From Mobula hypostoma (Eukaryota): DNA of 64,000 nucleotides. Shown piece after piece: positions 51,244-63,820 of this stretch. How positions within the stretch are numbered: position 1 is the first letter of the stretch; each line of letters starts with the position of its first letter. The position numbers were made by a program, and so were the translations under genes. The DNA is taken from NCBI RefSeq assembly GCF_963921235.1, contig NC_086108.1, positions 25,916,001-25,980,000 of the forward strand, in the 5' to 3' direction. The notes below the pieces were generated by a model. That model did not search any database and had not been told where the DNA came from. It saw only the letters and a list, made by a program, of their open reading frames with translations.

Positions 51244-53090
51244 AAAGTTCAAAATAAAAAGTAAATGTATTACTAATGTACATGTATGTCCCCATATACA
51301 ACGCTGAGATTTATTTTCTTGTGGTCATTCACAGTAAGTACACAGAACATAATGGATTTAATGAAAGACCACACCCAATAGAATGGACAGATAACCAATG
51401 TGCAAAGACAAAAGAAAGAAAAATAAAAAAATATATGTAATTATTAGGTGGGGGTCTGTTCACTGTCTGTTCTCCAAGTTAGGAAAATTCAGACACATCT
51501 GTGCCCAGATTGGGTGGTGTTCTGCTCAGCGTCTGTTCTCCATATTAAGGGCAGCTGAAACTAAAGCCTGCCTGTAGATATAAAAGGTAATACCCTTTCA
51601 CTTTAGAAATGGAGAGATGTCTACCGAATACAGTGATACAGCCACTGCCTGGGCATCACTAGGGCATGCCTGAAGCCAGCGCAGGACATGACAATAAGCA
51701 AACCACTAGTGGTGCACTGCTGAATAGACGGGCAGACCCCAGGAAAGCCCAAAAAGATGCTGCCAACATTCAAATTTGCCCACCGACACCACAGGCTATG
51801 ACTGCTGCAAGTGTTTTTCAGGGGAGCAGTCCACCTACAACTGTGAGCACTCAAGCAGTTAAGAGAAGAAAGACATGCATGAAATGGTCATTAGAATTAA
51901 GCACATTCATAATGCGTGTACATTACTGAGTAACCGAACTTGACACTGACATGACAGGATACAGGGAAAACTTCATCAACAATTACACAGTAATATCTAT
52001 GTCAGTCTTCAGAAAGCCACAGTAATAAACGCTAGTAGAATAATCCAAAAGTTCATAGCAATTGACAAATGAGCGTGCTTGGCTCTGCCTGTATCTCAGT
52101 TTTTACCAGCTTGAGCTGAGAAAAAAAAAATAATAGTACAAAATAAGCAATAAATTTTGAGAAGATGAGATAAAGAGTCCTTGAAAGTGAGCCCACTGGT
52201 TGTGGGAGCAGTTCAGTGATGTAGTGAGTGAAGTTGAGTGAAGATATCCCCTCTAGTTCAAGAGCCTGGTGTCTGAGGAGTAATAACTGTTCCTGAACGT
52301 TATTGTGGGTCCTGAGGCTCCTGTGCCTTCTTCCTGATGGTAACAACGAGAAGACAGCATGGTCTGAGTGGTGGATGTCCTTGATGATGGATGCTGCTTC
52401 CCTGTGACAGCACTCCATGTAGATGTGCTCTGTGATGCGGGGGGGTGGGGGGGAGGACTTTACACATGATAGATTGGGCTGCATCTACTTTCTTTGTCGG
52501 TTTTTCTGTTCAAGAGCATTGGTGTTTCCATATGAGGTTACAAATCAACCAATCAATATACTCTCCACCATATATCTATTGAAGTTTGTCAAATTTTATA
52601 GATGACATGCCAAATCTTTGCAAACTTCTAATTATGTAGGGGCATGGCCATGCTTTCTTACATGGTAGGCCTAGGACAGATACACTGAAATGATACCACC
52701 GAGACATTTAAAGTTGCTGATTCTCTCTACCTCTGATTCCGAGGGCTGGCTCATGGATCTCCGGTTTCCCCCTCCTGGTCAATAATCAGCTCCTTTGTTT
52801 TGCTGACATTGAGTGAGTGGTTGTTGTTGTAGCACCACTCAGCCAGATTTTTGATCTCCCTCCTATATGCTTATTTGACACAATCTTTGATTCGACCAAT
52901 AGCAGTGGTGTCGTCAGCAAGCAAAAATGGCACTGGAGCTGTGCTTAGCCTCACAAACATAAGCATTAAGTGAAAAGAGCAGGGGGCTAAGCACCTAGCC
53001 TTGTGGTTCACCTGTGCTGATGGAGATTGTGGAGGAGATGTCGCTGCCGATCCAAACTGAATGAGGTCTGCAATTACAGACCAGGAATCT
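51244..53090 (-). mobile_element. Rex1/Babar 3' fragment, split by the R4-type insertion
   Basis: aaagttcaaa tail. ORF 52053..52484 ECCHREAASIIKD...FSLLPSGRR; LADDTT. Confidence 0.8.
51447..52135 (+). mobile_element. Internally deleted Dong/R4-clade non-LTR element
   Basis: N-terminus from ATG 51609 (PLPG...RRKTCMKWSLELSTFIMRVHY*VTELDTDMTGYR) is joined to the C-terminus IYVSLQKATVINASRIIQKFIAIDK* (stop 52070-72). Short UTR, A10, taata. Confidence 0.68.
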
Positions 53091-53639
53091 CCAAGACAGC
53101 CAGAGTTCCTTAAAAAGTGCAACTGATGGCATCACAACTTATTTACCCAATGCCTGAAGGCTGCAACTGAAGTCTCAAATAAGAAAAATACCATTTCAGG
53201 GAGGCAATAGAGCAAACCTGATCAAACGTCCTCCACAGAAATGTTTTATTCCATTCTGTTTACAATTGGATCTGATCAAGATGGTGTCATATTTTTTTGT
53301 GCCAGCCATCTTTTTCCATTGTCACTCTCACACCTAGTTCTGCCACTTGCAAAAAGGAGGTTCATGAAGCACAGGCAGCATAAAGTAGACCTTTCATCTT
53401 TCCTTGCAATCCCTCACATTTCTCTGTCACTCATAGAAGTTCCTCCCTCACAGGTTCCCATATGAGTATTGGTAGAGTAGACACCCTCGGGGGGAAGGAA
53501 ACATGAGATGATAATCAGCTTTGCATTGTTGGTCATTAACAATTATTGTCAGTGTAACATACTACAAATTGCATCAGTCTAATTTTTACACAACTGCAAA
53601 GTGGTTTGTTTATTGTCACACCACTATTGTAAGTTTAAG

Positions 53640-55503
53640 TGGGACATGAGGTTGCCTTGGCAGTCAAAGTGAAGGATAATCCAAAGAGCTTTTACAGGTA
53701 TATTAAGAGCAAAAGGATTGTAAGGGATTAAATTGGTCCTCTTGAAGATCAGAGTGGTCGACTATGTGCGGAACCAAAGGAAATGGGGGAGATCTTAAAT
53801 AGGTTTTTTGCGTCTGTATTTACTAGGGAAACTGGCATGAAGTCTATGAAATTAAGGGAAACAAGTAGTGAGATCATGGAAACTGTACAGATCGAAAAGG
53901 AGGAGGTCCTTGCTGTCTTGAGGAAAATTAAAGTGGATAAATCCCCGGGACCTGACAGGGTGTTCCCTCGGACCTTGAAGGAGACTAGTGTTGAAATTGC
54001 AGGGGCCCTGGCAGAAATATTTAAAATGTTGCTGTCTACGGGTGAGGTGCCGGAGGATTGGAGAGTGGCTCATGTTGTTCCGTTGTTTAAAAAAGGATCG
54101 AAAAGTGATCGGGGAAATTATAGGCCAGTAAGTTTAACATCGGTAGTAGGTAAGTTATTGGAGGGAGTACTAAGAGACAGAATCTACAAGCATTTGGATA
54201 GACAGGGACTTATTAGGGAGAGTCAACATGGCCTTGTGCGTGGTAGGTCATGTTTGACCAATCTATTGGAGTTTTTCGAGGAGGTTACCAGGAAAGTGGA
54301 TGAAGGGAAGGCAGTGGATATTGTCTACATGGACTTCAGTAAGGCCTTTGACAAGGTCCCGCATGGGAGGTTACTTAGGAAAATTCAGTCGCTAGGTATA
54401 CATGGAGAGGTGGTAAATTGGATTAGACATTGGCTCAATGGAAGAAGCCAAAGAGTGGCAGTAGAGAATTGCTTCTCCGAGTGGAGGCCTGTGACTAGTG
54501 GTGTGCCACAGGGATCAGTGCTGGGTCCATTGTTATTTGTCATCTATATTAATGATCGTATGATAATGTTGTAAATTGGATCAGCAAATTTGCTGATGAT
54601 ACAAAGATTGGAGGTGTAGTAGACAGTGAGTAAGGTTTTCAGAGCCTGCAGAGGGACTTGGACCAACTGGAAAAATGGGCTGAAAAATGGCAGATGGAGT
54701 TTAATACAGACAAGTGTGAGGTATTGCATGTTGGAAGGACAAACCAAGGTAGAACATACAGGGTTAATGGTAATGCACTGAGGAGTGCAGTGGAACAGAG
54801 GGATCTGGGAATACAGATACAAAATTCCCTAAAAGTGTCGTCACAGGTAGATAGGGTCGTAAAGAGAGCTTTTGGTACATTGGCCTTTATTAATCAAAGT
54901 ATTGAGTATAAGAGCTGGAATGTTATGATGAGGTTGTATAAGGCATTGGTGAGGCCGAATCTGGAGTATTGTGTTCAGTTTTGGTCACCAAATTACAGAA
55001 AGGATATTAATAAGGTTGAAAGAGTGCAGAGAAGGTTTACAAGGATGTTGCCGGGACTTGAGAAACTCAGTTACAGAGAAAGGTTGAATAGGTTAGGACT
55101 TTATTCCCTGGAGCGTAGAAGAATGAGGGGAGATTTGATAGAGGTATATAAAATTATGATGGGTATAGATAGAGAGAATGCAAGCAGGCTTTTTCCACTG
55201 AGGCAAGGGGAGAAAAAAACCAGAGGACATGGGTTAAGGGTGAGGGGAGAAAGTTTAAAGGGAACATTAGCGGGGGCTTCTTCACACAAAGAGTGGTGGG
55301 AGTATGGAATGAGCTGCCAGACGAGGTGGTAAATGCGGGTTCTTTTTTAACATTTAAGAATAAATTGAACAGATACATGGATGGGAGGTGTATGGAGGGA
55401 TATGGTCCGTGTGCAGGTCGGTGGGACTGGGCAGAAAATGGTTCGGCACAGCCATAAAGAGCCAAAAGGCTTGTTTCTGTTCTGTAGTTTCTATGGTTCT
55501 ATG
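53640..55503 (+). mobile_element. CR1 LINE RT and 3' end, low divergence
   Basis: ORFs 53783..54574 and 54658..55332 with YMDFSKAFD, GVPQGSVLGPLLF and LVRPNLEYC; ttctatggttctatg tail. Confidence 0.95.
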
Positions 55504-57123
55504 GTAAGCGTCATTCAGTGTGCAACAGCAGTCAATGCTGAGCTTGCAAATGTTCAATCCAATGCATGACGCTGCCGTGACCAATCTCAGCACACTGAAG
55601 AATGGTACATGGCTTAAATGAAAACACACTTGAGCATTTCCCGTGCCTAGATAATCACTGACAACAAAGCAAAATCAAATGATTCAGAGGGTGGAGAAGA
55701 CCACAGTCAGTGTGGATTGGAAACAACATCTCTCGCTGACAATTAACAACAGTGCTCCTCAAGGATGTGTACTCAAGAAAAGCATTATTAAGAACACCCA
55801 CCACCCAGGACATGTCTTCTTCTCATTCCTACTATTAGAAATGAGGTACAGACGTGTAAAGACACACACTCAGCATTTTGGGAACAGCTTCTTCCCTTCT
55901 GCCATCAGATTTCTGCATGGACAATGAACCCATGAACACTACCTCATTATTTTTGCTCTCTTTTTCACCACGTATTTAATTTTATTTATGTATGTATGTA
56001 AAAATACCTGATTCTGATTCTGAAAATCACTTTTTGGCTTTCACAGCCTTGCATCTATCATGCTCCACAGCCATACAAGAAGTTTGTGATGGCCCAGCAC
56101 TAAGTTCTGAAGCTCCAGTGATTGGATAGGTAATGGAGCAATGATCTACTGGCACTCAACTGCTAGCAAGCTCAAAATGAATGATCATATTTGGTTGACA
56201 GACCTGAGCCACAGGACTCTCTGCATTTCTGTCCTTGCTCTGTACTTCAGTATCAGGCCCCTGCGTTATCTGAGCAGGACTCTGCTCATAATGAAGAGAC
56301 ATTTGAACACACGGATGGAATATCACTGGTTCTGCAGAAGATAGACAAGTTTCCATTTACTTTTCCACTGGTCTGCCAGAGTGTGCACCAAGGAACAAGT
56401 CCATTTAAGAGGATTCTGAGGTGATGGGACAGGAATAAATGAATCATGCATAACCAAAGAAGTTAAGGAGGATATGAACAGGAGAAAAGATACAAAGCAA
56501 AATTTAGTGCTAAGTTTAATTCAATGAAAGAAAAGTAAAAAATAACCATGGAGGAGAAAATCAATCATGAGAACAAATTAGAATTTATCCTCAAAGAAAA
56601 TAATGCTAAGATAACACTTATTGCAAATAAGAAAATGAGAAAGGTGTTAAACAGATTTCAATCCTTACAGTCCACAAAAGCTTCACTGGGGTGATGGCAA
56701 GTTTGGAAGGATTATCCCATGAGCAAAGATTAAGTGAGTTGGTGAGATATGGAGGTGTTCTCCTCATGATTCGTCATCTCCTGCTTTCAGTCAGACTGAG
56801 TTGACGGTACACTCACCAGCTAACTCTGCAACTATCTCACAATAGCATTCCAATCATGGTCCTCACCTGTATCCTCTAGGATACTGTAAATGAAGGAAGC
56901 CATCTTTCATTGTGCCTCTACATCAGATTCCCTGTACCTGGTTCCAGACTGCACTCATCTAGTAGCCTGTGCAAGTCACTCTCTTCCTCCCACAGAGATG
57001 GTTATTGTGGGTGTCAGGTGCAATGACTCACTTTGGTCATAATTCTCATTGTTCCCCTCCTCCTAATCCCACCCCCACTTACCCCTGTCACAATCATCTT
57101 CTGATTCTTGTGCTTTGTATGGT

Positions 57124-57625
57124 TGTTGTTGTTCGTCCATCGTTGACGTCGATGAAGACCTCGACACCATTATGATGGTGTCAAGACTAGCGCGTGATTT
57201 GGATTTAAGTGAGGGAGAGTTGTGCAGCGTCAGCCTCACTCTCTCTTCCCAATTCCCATCTGGGTCCAGTGGCAAGACAGAGTCTAGACGGCTGGAGATG
57301 GGGCTAGGCGCAGTGGATGACCAGGACATCTTCTGTGTCTTGTCCTGCTCTACACGTTCCACAATGCTTGCAGAGACCGCCTTCTTGACCCTTGGACCTT
57401 CCATTGGTCTCGTCCGCTCAATCCGCCGGAGTCTGTCTTCACATGCTGGGATAGACAACTCCCTATCTCACCGAGGGTTTGAGACCCGTCGGCTACCCTC
57501 ACCTGGTTTAGCTGGCTTGTCGAAGCCATTGCCCGGGGTGTGGCCGCTGTCGCATGCAAACAGCTACGGGGAGCCACAGGTGAGAGCTGAGTGCCAGGTG
57601 GGGACCAAAGGTGGACTAAATGTGA
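57124..57625 (-). mobile_element. RTE-derived non-autonomous element / SINE
   Basis: (CAA)n tail on the minus strand, 12-bp TSD gctttgtatggt at 57112-23 and 57626-37, GC-rich body. Confidence 0.72.
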
Positions 57626-57654
57626 GCTTTGTATGGTAGTGTCCCACTCAAGGA

Positions 57655-58090
57655 CAAGAATATAGAACATTCAAAGTTCAAGCCTCTTGGCCCACAATAT
57701 TGTGCCAAACTTCTAACGTTCTCTAAGATCAATCTAACCCTTCTCTCTTACAAAGTATATAACCCTCTATTTTTATATCACTCATGTGCCTTTCTAGGAG
57801 TTTCTTAAATTTTCCTGATATATCTATCTCTACCATCACCCACCCACCACTCTCTCTGTAAAATAAAATTACCTTTGACATCCCAACTATACTTTCCTCT
57901 AACCACCTTAAGCTGATGCCCCTTGTATTCGCCATTTCCATCCTGGGGAAAAGGTCTCTGGCCATCCACTCGATCTATGGCTCTTATTATCTTGTAGACT
58001 CTATTGAGTCACTCCGCAGAGAAAAGCCACTGTCTGCCTAACCCATCCTCATTCCTTAATCAAGGCAGCATCCTGGTAAACCTCCTCTTC
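57655..58090 (-). mobile_element. CR1 3' fragment
   Basis: ORF 57729..57965 DLFPRMEMANTRG...FKKLLERHM. Confidence 0.75.
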
Positions 58091-60194
58091 ATATTTAACT
58101 GAAATGACAAGCAGTTAATGAGGGAAAAGTTGATTGGACAAGCAATTAATACTGGAAGTTGCACCGTACCCAGACACCTTTCTAGTAATATGATGGTGAG
58201 GTGTCTCGTGTGCTAATGTCAACGTCTGCCTGAGAGATGAACATGCTGCTTGATACTGATGATGTGACAAAGATGAGCAGTTGAGTGATTACATGATCTT
58301 GAAATTGTCAATGGAAAGAATTCACATGGGGTTCAGGGTTTACCTTTAGAACAAACTTTCTATATTACAAGCACATGTCAACAGTGGACTGACTATTCCT
58401 GGAACCAGTACTCACTGATCCAAAGTTTCCATTATTCTTCCATTATTTCTTATCTATTTTCCCCCTTTAGCTCTACCCTGCATGTCTTGTATAAGCGGAG
58501 AGTAAGGTAAGCTTTTTGCTGTGTTAGGTTTCATGAGTTGTCAAGCTTCTGTGCAGTTCCACCTTATATGCACTATGGCAAGTTTCTGTACCATAGTTTA
58601 TGGGACAGATGATAGGTTGGTAACTAGGCATGGATTTACTATAGTTCAGCCTGTAATATGTAGTTTGGGTTGGCTTGAACTCATTTCAGTTACCACTCTC
58701 TGGAACCAATCCTGCAGAGTCCCCCTTCAGCTGTCAGCCTGATCCCTACTACAGAGCTACAGAACCATTTCACTACTCCCTGTTACAAAAGGATGGCTCT
58801 GTTTGCCTTGTTGCACCCAAGAGAGGGTTGTGGAGTGCAGTTATGGATTCAATATCAAAGCCTGTAAGAGAACATCATCTTTTTGATGATAACATGTGTT
58901 GGTTGGGAGCCTGGTGGGGGTGTGCATGAAATTCATCTTGGCATACCTTTTAGGACATATAACATAGAATATTAAAGCACAGGAGCAGACTCTACCTACA
59001 AAATTGTGCTGAGCTAATTAAATTAGTAATCAATTGCCCAACTAAATTAATCTCTTCTGCCTAACATCCTTCACTGTTCACTACACCACCAGTTTGGGAG
59101 TTAACCTTTTCTACCCAGCTTGACCTACCCATCATCCTTCACTCTCCTCAATCCACCAGCCACCTCAGGCTTCCATCTCACCCACTCCCTCTCAGTCCTG
59201 AAGCAGGGTCTTGACCCAAAATGTCAACAGTTCCTCTCCCCACATATACTTTCTTCATTCAGATGCAAAATAAGCTATAACTGCAGAAATTTTGAAAACA
59301 TGTCTCCGTGACGAATAGAAAAAATCTTTCATGGATGGAAATGAGAAAATGTAAGAGTGGGTAGCTGATTCATTCAAGCAATAAAGCTCCTCAGATTGAT
59401 TGCAGCCATTTCAACATGAGAAAGCTTTTCCAGAATTACTTGTCCAATCCCCCATTTATGTATCTGCCTTATTGTAAACACACAGCTGGTGATGACTCAT
59501 CACAGTGCCATAACTCCCAGCTGCTAGCCATACTCTTGATTCTCTGTTCTTAGTGGCTCACATTAGAATAGTGCTACTTGTCATACTTTGAAACCTATAT
59601 TGACAGTGACCATGTCAATCTTAATATTTCCAAACTCTTTGCCATGTTGCACCCAGCTTGGCAAGAAGCTGATAGAGCCATATGGTCATTAAGTCAACAA
59701 GTCATAGAGTTATGGAGAGATGTAGCACAGAATCAGAATCAGAATCCGATTTATTATCAATAAGATGTTGTGAAGTTTGCTGCTTTTGTGACAGTAGTAC
59801 AGTATAATACATAAAAAATTACTCTAAATTACAATAAAAAGCACATAAAAAATAAATACGTAGTGCAAAAACAGCAAAATAGTGCAGTTGTGTTTATGGC
59901 TTCATCGACCGTTCAGGAATCTGATCGCAGAAGGATAAAGCTGTTCTGGAAATGCTGAATGCGTGCCAGTGAGAAGACGGCATGTCCTTGGTGGTCGAAT
60001 CCTTAATTATGCAGTTCTGATAAATCACTCAGGACAATGAGTCTATGCTGACCGTCAAACGCATATTTTACATAAATCCCATTTTATTCTCTTTACATTC
60101 TCTTTAAGTCCCTCATATCCTGTCATTCATTTACACTTGGGCAATTTGCAGTGGCCAAATGACCCATCAAACAGCATGTATTTGGTATTATATT

Positions 60195-60615
60195 GGTAGC
60201 CTCCAACATGATAGCATGAATATCGATTTCCTTTTCCTGTAAAAATGTTTTCCCTCCCCCTCCCATCTTCTTCTCTTCCCCATTCTGTCCTCCTACCTCT
60301 TCTCATCTGCCTGTCACCTCCTCCTTCTCATTCTTCTATGGTCTACTCTCCTCTCCTATCAAATTCCTTCACCTCCAGCCTCTTCCCTACCCACCTGGCT
60401 TTACCTATTCCTTCTAGCTATCCCCCCTCCCTTTCCCTTCCCTCACTTTTTTATTCTGGTGCCTTCCCCCTTTCTTTCTGGTCCTGAAGAAGGGTCTCAG
60501 CCCGAAATGTCGACTGTTTGTTCATTTCCATGGATGCTGTCTGATCTGCTGAGTTCCTCCAGCATTTTGTTTGTGTTGCTTTGGACTTGCAGCATCTGCA
60601 GAATTTTTTTGTGTT
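60195..60615 (+). mobile_element. Penelope 3' end with hammerhead motif, inserted in a minus-strand HE1 SINE
   Basis: GSLQHDSMNIDF (endonuclease end), pyrimidine tract, then gguc-CUGAAGA-agggucucagccc-GAAA-U-GUC/gacug at 60480-60516. Confidence 0.8.
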
Positions 60616-61536
60616 TACATATTTGGGATGTGGTAGGAAACCGGATCACCCGGAGGAAATCCATCCAGGGAGAATGCGCAAACACCACATAGACAGTGTA
60701 CGAGCTCTGAATTGACCATGAGTCTCTGGTGTTAGAAGGCAGTGACTCTACGAGCTGCCCACTACACTTTTAGAACTGAAACTCCAAAGCTCATTTCCTA
60801 TGTTATCTTGCAAAGCCTTGCCACTTCCCATGTTCTATCATTCAAAAAATAAGTTCTGACATGCAAGGACTCGCCACCATTTGTTTTATTGGTTCTCTCC
60901 TTCCAACCCTTGCACCCTGACCAACTCTTCATTAGGCAGAAGATACAAAAGTCTGAAAGCACATACCACCGAGCTCAAAGACGGCTTCTATCCCACCTTT
61001 TGAACAGTCGCCTGGTATGATGAAATGTGCACTTAACCTCACAATCTATGTACTTCATTGTTGCCTTACACTTTATTGCCTGCCTGCATTGCACATTCCC
61101 TGTTAAAAACGTCACTCTGCATTCCGCTATTGGCCCTCTTCGCACTTTCTCAGTGCATTGATGTGATGAAATCACCTGCATGGATGACATGCAAAACAAA
61201 AATACTTGCTGTATCTCCGTACAATAGACTATGATAAACCAATTTACCATATTTACCAATTTATTTTACAATCATCCTCAGTGTTTCTGCTTCAGATTCA
61301 GAATCAGAATCAAGTTTATTATCACCGGCATGTGATGTCAAATTTGTTAACTAAGCAGCAGCAGTTCAATTCAATACATAATTTAGCAGAGAAAAAAATA
61401 ATAAATAAAATAAAAATAATAATAATAAATAAACAGGTAAATTAATTGCATACATATTGAATCGATTTTTAAAAAAACATGCAAAAAGAGAAATACTGTA
61501 TATTAAAAAAAAGTGAGGTGGTGTCCAAAGACTCAC

Positions 61537-63105
61537 AGAACATAGAACATAGAATAGTACAGCACAGTACAGGCCCTTCAGCCCACAGTGTTGTGCCGAC
61601 CCTCAAACCCTGCCTCCCATATAAGCCCCCAACTTAAATTCCTCCATATACCTGTCCAGTAGTCTCTTAAACTTTACTAGTGTATCTGCCTCCACCACTG
61701 GCTCAGGCAGTGCATTCCACCCACCGATCACTCTCTGAGTAAAAAATCTTCCTCTAGTATCCCCCTTGAACTTCCCACCCCTTATCTTAAAGCCATGTCC
61801 TCTTGTATTGAGCAGTGGTGCCCTGGGGAAGAGGCGCTGGCTATCCACTCTATCTATTCCTCTTATTATCTTGTACACCTCTATCATGTCTCCTCTCATC
61901 CTCCTTCTCTCCAAAGAGTAAAGCCCTAGCTCCCTTAATCTCCGATCATAATGCATACTCTCTAAACCAGGCAGCATCCTGGTAAATCTCCTCTGTACCC
62001 TTTCCAATGCTTCCACATCCTTCCTATAGTGAGGCGACCAGAACTGGACACAGTACTCCAAGTGTGGCCTAACCAGAGTTTTATAGAGCTGCATCATTAC
62101 ATCGCGACTCTTAAACTCTATCCCTCGACTTATGAATGCTAACACCACATAAGCTTTCTTGACTACCCTATCCACCTCTGAGGCAACTTTCAGGGATCAG
62201 TGGACATGTACCCCCAGATCTCTCTGCTCCTCCACACTACCAAGTATTCTGCCATTTACTTTGTACTCTGCCTTGGAGTTTGTCCTTCCAAAGTGTACCA
62301 CCTCACACTTCTCCGGGTTGAACTCCGTCTGCCACTTCTCAGCCCACTTCTGCAACCTGTCAATGTCTCTCTGCAATCTTTGACAATCCTCTACACTACC
62401 TACAACACCATCAACCGCTGTGTCATCTGCAAACTTGCCAACCCACCCTTCTACCCCCGCATCCAGGTCGTTAATAAAAATCAGGAAAAGTAGAGGTCCC
62501 AGAACAGATCCTTGCGGGACACCACTAGTCACAATCCTCCAATCTGAATGTACTCCCTCCACCACGACCCTCTGTCTTCTGCTGGCAAGCCAATTCTGAA
62601 TCCACCTGGCCAAACTTCCCTGGATCCCATGCCTTCTGATTTTCTGAATAAGCCTACCGTGTGGAACCTTGTCAAATGCCTTACTAAAATCCATATAGAT
62701 CACATCCACTGCACTACACTCATCTATATGCCTGGTCACCTCCTTAAAGAACTCTATCAGGCTTGTTAGACACGATCTGCCCATCACAAAGCCATGCTGA
62801 CTGTCCCTGATCAGGCCATGATTCTCTAAATGTCCAGAGATGCTATCTCTAAGAATCTTTTCCAACAGCTTTCCCACCACTGACGTAAGGCTCACTGGTC
62901 TATAATTACCCGGACTATCCCTATTACCTTTTTTGAACAAGGGGACAACATTTGCCTCCCTCCAATCCTCTGGTACCATTCCCGTGAACAATGAGGACAT
63001 AAAGATCCTAGCCAGAGGCTCAGCAATATCTTCCCTCGCCTCGTGGAGCAGCCTGGGGAGTATTCTGTCATGCCCCGGAGACTTATCCGTCCTAATGTAC
63101 TTTAA
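61537..63105 (-). mobile_element. CR1 LINE RT and 3' end, low divergence
   Basis: ORFs 62197..63159 and 61603..62175 with RT motifs (GVPQGSVLGPLLF, KFADD); (ttctatg)n tail. Splits a Rex1 tail. Confidence 0.95.
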
Positions 63106-63820
63106 CAAAGTCCATTTAGGAATCGGATGGCGGAGGAGAAGAAGCTGTTCCTGACTCACTGAGTGTGTGCCTTCAGGCTTCTGTACCTCCTACCTAATGG
63201 TAACAGTGAGAAAAGGGCATTCCCTGGGTAATGGAGGTCCTTAATAATGGGAGGATTTACAACCTTCTGCAGCTTCTTTCGGTCCTGTGCGGTAGCCCCT
63301 CCATACCAGACAGTGATGCAGCCTGTCAGAATGCTCTCCATGGTACAACTATAGAAGTTGTTGAGTGTATTTGTTGACATGCCAAATCTCTTCAAACTCC
63401 TAATAAAGCATAGCCGCTGTCTTGCCTTCTTTATAACTACATTTATAGTTGTGCGCTTTCAGGCTTCTGTACCTCCATCCTGATGGCAACAATAAGAAGA
63501 TGGCAGGTCCTTGATGATGGGGGTCCTTAATAATGGATGCTGCCTTTCTGAGGCACTGCTCCATGGAGATGTTTTGGATACTACAGAGGCTAGTGCCCAA
63601 GATGGAGCTGACTAATTTTACAACTTTCTGCAACTTATTTCGATCCTGTGCAGTAGCTGCCCCCACCCCCATACCAGATGGTGATGCAGCCAGTCAGATT
63701 GCTCTCAACAGTGCATTTGTGAAAGCTTTAGAATGTTTTAAGTGACAAACCAAATCTCCACAAACTCCTAAAGGAACATATCTGTGGTCTTGTCTTCCTT
63801 CATAGCTGCATCAATATGTT
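63106..63820 (-). mobile_element. Two tandem Rex1/Babar 3' fragments
   Basis: ORFs 63156..63395 and 63400..63672 both encode AQDR.KLQKVV...LLP.G.RYRSLKAH. Confidence 0.85.

Noticed and set aside
57495..57600. Complete HDV-like ribozyme on the minus strand
   Set aside because: P2-, P3- and P4-like stems can be drawn, but no consistent P1/P1.1 could be assigned. Kept only as a caveat in the RTE finding.
57115..57639. 174-aa ORF
   Set aside because: It is the antisense reading of the TSD-bounded RTE-type repeat.
62197..63159. 320-aa ORF as a functional or domesticated RT gene
   Set aside because: It is a chance read-through from a Rex1 fragment into a 5'-truncated CR1, with a frameshift near 62190.
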